Part shown: one piece after another, positions 60,940 through 64,000 of the stretch
How positions within the stretch are numbered: the first letter of the stretch is position 1
Layout of the letters: each line of letters starts with the position of its first letter
NCBI GenBank assembly: GCA_965232515.1
Contig: CBDDPY010000002.1
Location: 6,336,001 to 6,400,000, forward strand
Reading direction: 5' to 3'
Source of the DNA: Alphaproteobacteria bacterium
GTDB lineage: Bacteria; Pseudomonadota; Alphaproteobacteria; GCA-2731375
DNA length: 64,000 bases
Notes under the pieces: generated by a model
Seen by the model: only the letters and a program-made list of their open reading frames with translations
Told to the model about the DNA's origin: nothing
The model's database searches: none
Translations under genes and position numbers: made by a program

Positions 60940-60967
60940 GATCGTGGCGTCGTTGATGGAAAAACAG

Positions 60968-61777
60968 ATGGCCAACACGAACGACAGTCAAATTGAGCCT
61001 GATGTGCGTGCGGAGATCGAACGTCGCCTCGCCGAGATCGAGGCGTCAGAGAATGTGCGTGTGCTGTTGGCGGTCGAGTCTGGCAGCAGGGCCTGGGGGT
61101 TTCCGTCGCCGGACAGCGATTACGATGTCCGCTTCGTCTATGCCCGTCCGGTCGATTGGTACCTGTCGATCGACCGCCGCCGCGACGTCATTGAACGGCC
61201 GATCGATGGCGACCTGGATATCAATGGCTGGGATCTCAAGAAGGCGTTGCAGCTTCTGATCAAGCCAAATGCGGTAATGCACGAATGGCTGGAATCGCCG
61301 ATCAAGTATCGAGAGGAGGCGGCTGCCACGGCACGGCTGCGTGCGCTCGCGGACGAAACGCTGCATCGGATACCGGCGACCTATCACTATCTGCATCTGG
61401 GCGAGGGGCAGTGGCGGCGCTTTATCGACGGCCGTGATCGTGTCGCCGTCAAGAAGTACTTCTATGTGCTGCGACCGGCGTTGGCTTTGTGCTGGTTGCG
61501 CCAGAATGATGACGATCGGGTGCCGATGAATATCGCGGAACTGCGGGCCGGCTGTGATTTGCCGGCCGATGTTGATGCCTTCCTCGACGACCTGATCGAA
61601 CGTAAGCGCAGCACCAAGGAGCTCGGGCAAGGACCGCGGATTCCGGCTCTCGACCGATTTGTTACGGCCGCGTTCGCGGCAGCGCGAGAGCGCGCGTACT
61701 CGCCGCGGCGGCCGGTGAAGGGCCTATTCGAGCAGGCAAACCAGTTGTTCCGCGATCTCGTGCTCGATCAAAGGTGA
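60968..61777 (+). CDS. Pol-beta superfamily nucleotidyltransferase, RlaP/YcgL (Nuc-transf) family
   Basis: ESGSRAWGFPSPDSDYDVRFVY, DINGWDLKKAL, EWLESPI.Y, KKYFYVLRP motifs. Confidence 0.88.
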   Translation: MANTNDSQIEPDVRAEIERRLAEIEASENVRVLLAVESGSRAWGFPSPDSDYDVRFVYARPVDWYLSIDRRRDVIERPIDGDLDINGWDLKKALQLLIKPNAVMHEWLESPIKYREEAAATARLRALADETLHRIPATYHYLHLGEGQWRRFIDGRDRVAVKKYFYVLRPALALCWLRQNDDDRVPMNIAELRAGCDLPADVDAFLDDLIERKRSTKELGQGPRIPALDRFVTAAFAAARERAYSPRRPVKGLFEQANQLFRDLVLDQR

Positions 61778-61788
61778 GGTAGGCTCAA

Positions 61789-63183
61789 GTGCTGCTGACC
61801 ATTTCCACCGATCATCGGCCGGCGACGGATCTCGGCTTCCTGCTGATGAAGCATCCGGATCGTGTGCACGCGCGCGAGCTGGCGTTCGGCACGGCGACGA
61901 TCTTCTATCCCGAAGCGGCGGCCGAGCGCTGCACGGCGGCACTTACGCTGGATATCGATCCCGTCCGTCTCGTGCGTGGCGGCGGCGCGCGGGTGGGAGG
62001 GCTGTTCGACCAATACGTGACCGATCGCCCGTATGCCGTATCGTCATTTCTGTCGGTCGCCATCTCCCGGCTGCTCGGCACGGCGATGGGTGGGCGCAGC
62101 CGGGAGCGGCAGGAGCTGGCCGATACGCCGATACCGCTGACGGCGATGCTGACACCGCTGCCCTGCCGGGGCGGTCCGGAGATCCTGGAACGTCTGTTTA
62201 CACCGCTCGGCTACGAGGTCACAACGCGGCGGCACGCGCTCGATCTGCATCATCCCGATTGGGGCGACAGCGTCTATGTGACCGCGACCCTGTCGGGCCG
62301 TGTCCGGCTGGCCGATCTGCTGACGCACCTCTTCGTGCTGGTGCCGGTGCTCGACAATCAAAAGCACTACTATGTCGGCACGGACGAGGTCGAAAAGCTG
62401 TTGGCGAAAGGGCAGGGCTGGCTCGAACACCACCCAGCCAAGCAGTTGATTGCGCGGCGTTACCTCAAGCACCGGGCCGGCTTGACGCGTGCCGCGCTCG
62501 AGCAGTTGGCCGAACAAGTTGAGCCGCAGACCCCGGAACTCCACGAAGCCCAGGAGGCCGAAGAGGAGGCGTTGGAGGTGCCGATGCGCCTTAACGACCT
62601 TCGCCTGGAGGCGGTGACCGAAGCACTGCTGGCGACGGGCGCCGCGCGCGTGCTCGATCTCGGCTGCGGCGAGGGCAAGCTGTTGCGGCGACTGCTGCGT
62701 GAAAAGCAGTTCGTACGTCTCGTCGGCGTCGATACGGCGCCGAAGGTGCTGGAGCGGGCTGCCCAGCGACTGAAGCTGGAACAGATGCGCCCGCGGCAGC
62801 GCGAACGTATCGAGCTGCTGCAGGGCTCCCTGGTCTATCGTGATGAACGCCTCAATGGCTTCGATGCCGCCGCCGTCATTGAAGTCATCGAGCACATGGA
62901 TGTCGAGCGCCTGCCGGCGTTCGAGCGGGCGCTGTTCGGCGACGCGCGGCCGCAATCCGTCATCGTGACCACGCCGAACCGCGAGTTCAACGCGACGTTC
63001 GAACGCTTGACGTCGGACCGACTGCGCCATCCGGACCATCGTTTCGAATGGACGCGGGCCGAGTTTGCGGCCTGGGCGACGGCGGTGGCCGACCGCTATC
63101 AATACGCCGCCCACTTCGACGGGATCGGAGAGCCGCATCCCGACCATGGCGCGCCGACACAAATGGCGGTCTTCTCGCGATGA
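61789..63183 (+). CDS. hen1: Bacterial Hen1 (3'-terminal RNA 2'-O-methyltransferase and Pnkp ligase activator)
   Basis: MLLTIST...ATDLGFLLMKHP, YVTDRPYAVSS, LDLGCGEG, EVIEH, TPNREFN, RHPDHRFEWTRAEF motifs. Confidence 0.96.
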   Translation: MLLTISTDHRPATDLGFLLMKHPDRVHARELAFGTATIFYPEAAAERCTAALTLDIDPVRLVRGGGARVGGLFDQYVTDRPYAVSSFLSVAISRLLGTAMGGRSRERQELADTPIPLTAMLTPLPCRGGPEILERLFTPLGYEVTTRRHALDLHHPDWGDSVYVTATLSGRVRLADLLTHLFVLVPVLDNQKHYYVGTDEVEKLLAKGQGWLEHHPAKQLIARRYLKHRAGLTRAALEQLAEQVEPQTPELHEAQEAEEEALEVPMRLNDLRLEAVTEALLATGAARVLDLGCGEGKLLRRLLREKQFVRLVGVDTAPKVLERAAQRLKLEQMRPRQRERIELLQGSLVYRDERLNGFDAAAVIEVIEHMDVERLPAFERALFGDARPQSVIVTTPNREFNATFERLTSDRLRHPDHRFEWTRAEFAAWATAVADRYQYAAHFDGIGEPHPDHGAPTQMAVFSR

Positions 63184-64000
63184 CAAGCCACACGATCTCC
63201 ATCCCGGAATACTGCCTGGTGCTGCTGGTCGGGGCGTCAGGATCGGGCAAGTCGACGTTCGCGGCGCGGCATTTCAAGCCGACCGAGATCATTTCCTCGG
63301 ACCGCTGCCGCGCCGTTGTCGCCGATGACGAGTCGGACCAATCGGCCACGGCGGACGCGTTCGAGCTTGTCCATTTCATTGCCGAGAAGCGACTGAACGC
63401 GCGACGGCTGGCGGTCATCGACGCCACGAACGTTCGGCCCGAGGACCGGCGCTCATTCGTCGATCTGGCGAAGCGCTACCACGCGTTGGTCGTGGCCTTC
63501 GTCTTCGATATGCCGGAAGCGCTGTGTCACGAGCGGAACGCCGGACGGCCCGAGCGCGACTTCGGCCGTCACGTCGTCAGCAACCATCTGCGCGCGCTGA
63601 AACGCGGCATCAGGCGCATGGACCGGGAAGGCATTCGCTTCGTCTACCGTTTCTCGGAGCCAGCCCGGGTCGACGAGGCAATCGTCGAACGCCAAAAACT
63701 CTGGGTCGACAAGCGCGATGAAGGCGGGCCGTTCGACATCATCGGCGACGTGCACGGCTGTGCCGATGAGCTCGAGAAGCTTCTGACAAACCTTGGATAT
63801 CGCATTGATATCGAAGGAACATCGTCCGGATCGAAATACTCGGTCATACCGCCGGTAGGGCGCAAAGTCGTCTTTCTCGGCGATCTTGTCGACCGTGGCC
63901 CGCGCGTCCCGGACACCTTGCGGCTGGCGAAGACCATGGTCGATGCGGGCCAGGCGCTCTGCGTCCTCGGCAATCATGAAGCCAAGCTGGTCCGGAAGCT
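63180..64000 (+). CDS. pnkp: Polynucleotide kinase-phosphatase (Pnkp), 5' part, runs off the window
   Basis: Not in ORF track. Hand translation: MTSHTISIPEYCLVLLVGASGSGKSTFA...SSD...IDATN...FDIIGDVHGC...FLGDLVDRGP...GNHE. ATGA overlap with hen1. Confidence 0.95.
   Translation, partial: MTSHTISIPEYCLVLLVGASGSGKSTFAARHFKPTEIISSDRCRAVVADDESDQSATADAFELVHFIAEKRLNARRLAVIDATNVRPEDRRSFVDLAKRYHALVVAFVFDMPEALCHERNAGRPERDFGRHVVSNHLRALKRGIRRMDREGIRFVYRFSEPARVDEAIVERQKLWVDKRDEGGPFDIIGDVHGCADELEKLLTNLGYRIDIEGTSSGSKYSVIPPVGRKVVFLGDLVDRGPRVPDTLRLAKTMVDAGQALCVLGNHEAKLVRK

Overview
High-GC alphaproteobacterial chromosome segment. The lineage is inferred from gene order, GTTC-N7-GTTC LexA boxes, CtrA-type boxes and a SahR regulon. 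Most of the window is housekeeping: ettA, mlaA/mlaC, sahR-metF-metH, 5-oxoprolinase, djlA-amiD-rnpB (RNase P RNA), a complete dcw cluster (mraZ to ftsZ, lpxC), bamD-recN-ligA (ligA has a 1-nt frameshift), pepP, prmA and uvrD. Two accessory modules stand out. At the left end, a membrane class III adenylate cyclase is followed by an unusual in-frame fusion of an EamA/DMT transporter with an intact DEDDh exonuclease domain. At the right end is an RNA-repair operon (RlaP/YcgL-type nucleotidyltransferase, Hen1, Pnkp). It is preceded by an unannotated ~200-nt leader containing a 38-codon uORF and mutually exclusive antiterminator/terminator hairpins, which makes it a candidate translation-sensing attenuator. 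No tRNA, rRNA operon, CRISPR array or transposase was recognised. All motif and structure calls were made by eye; nothing was computed or searched.
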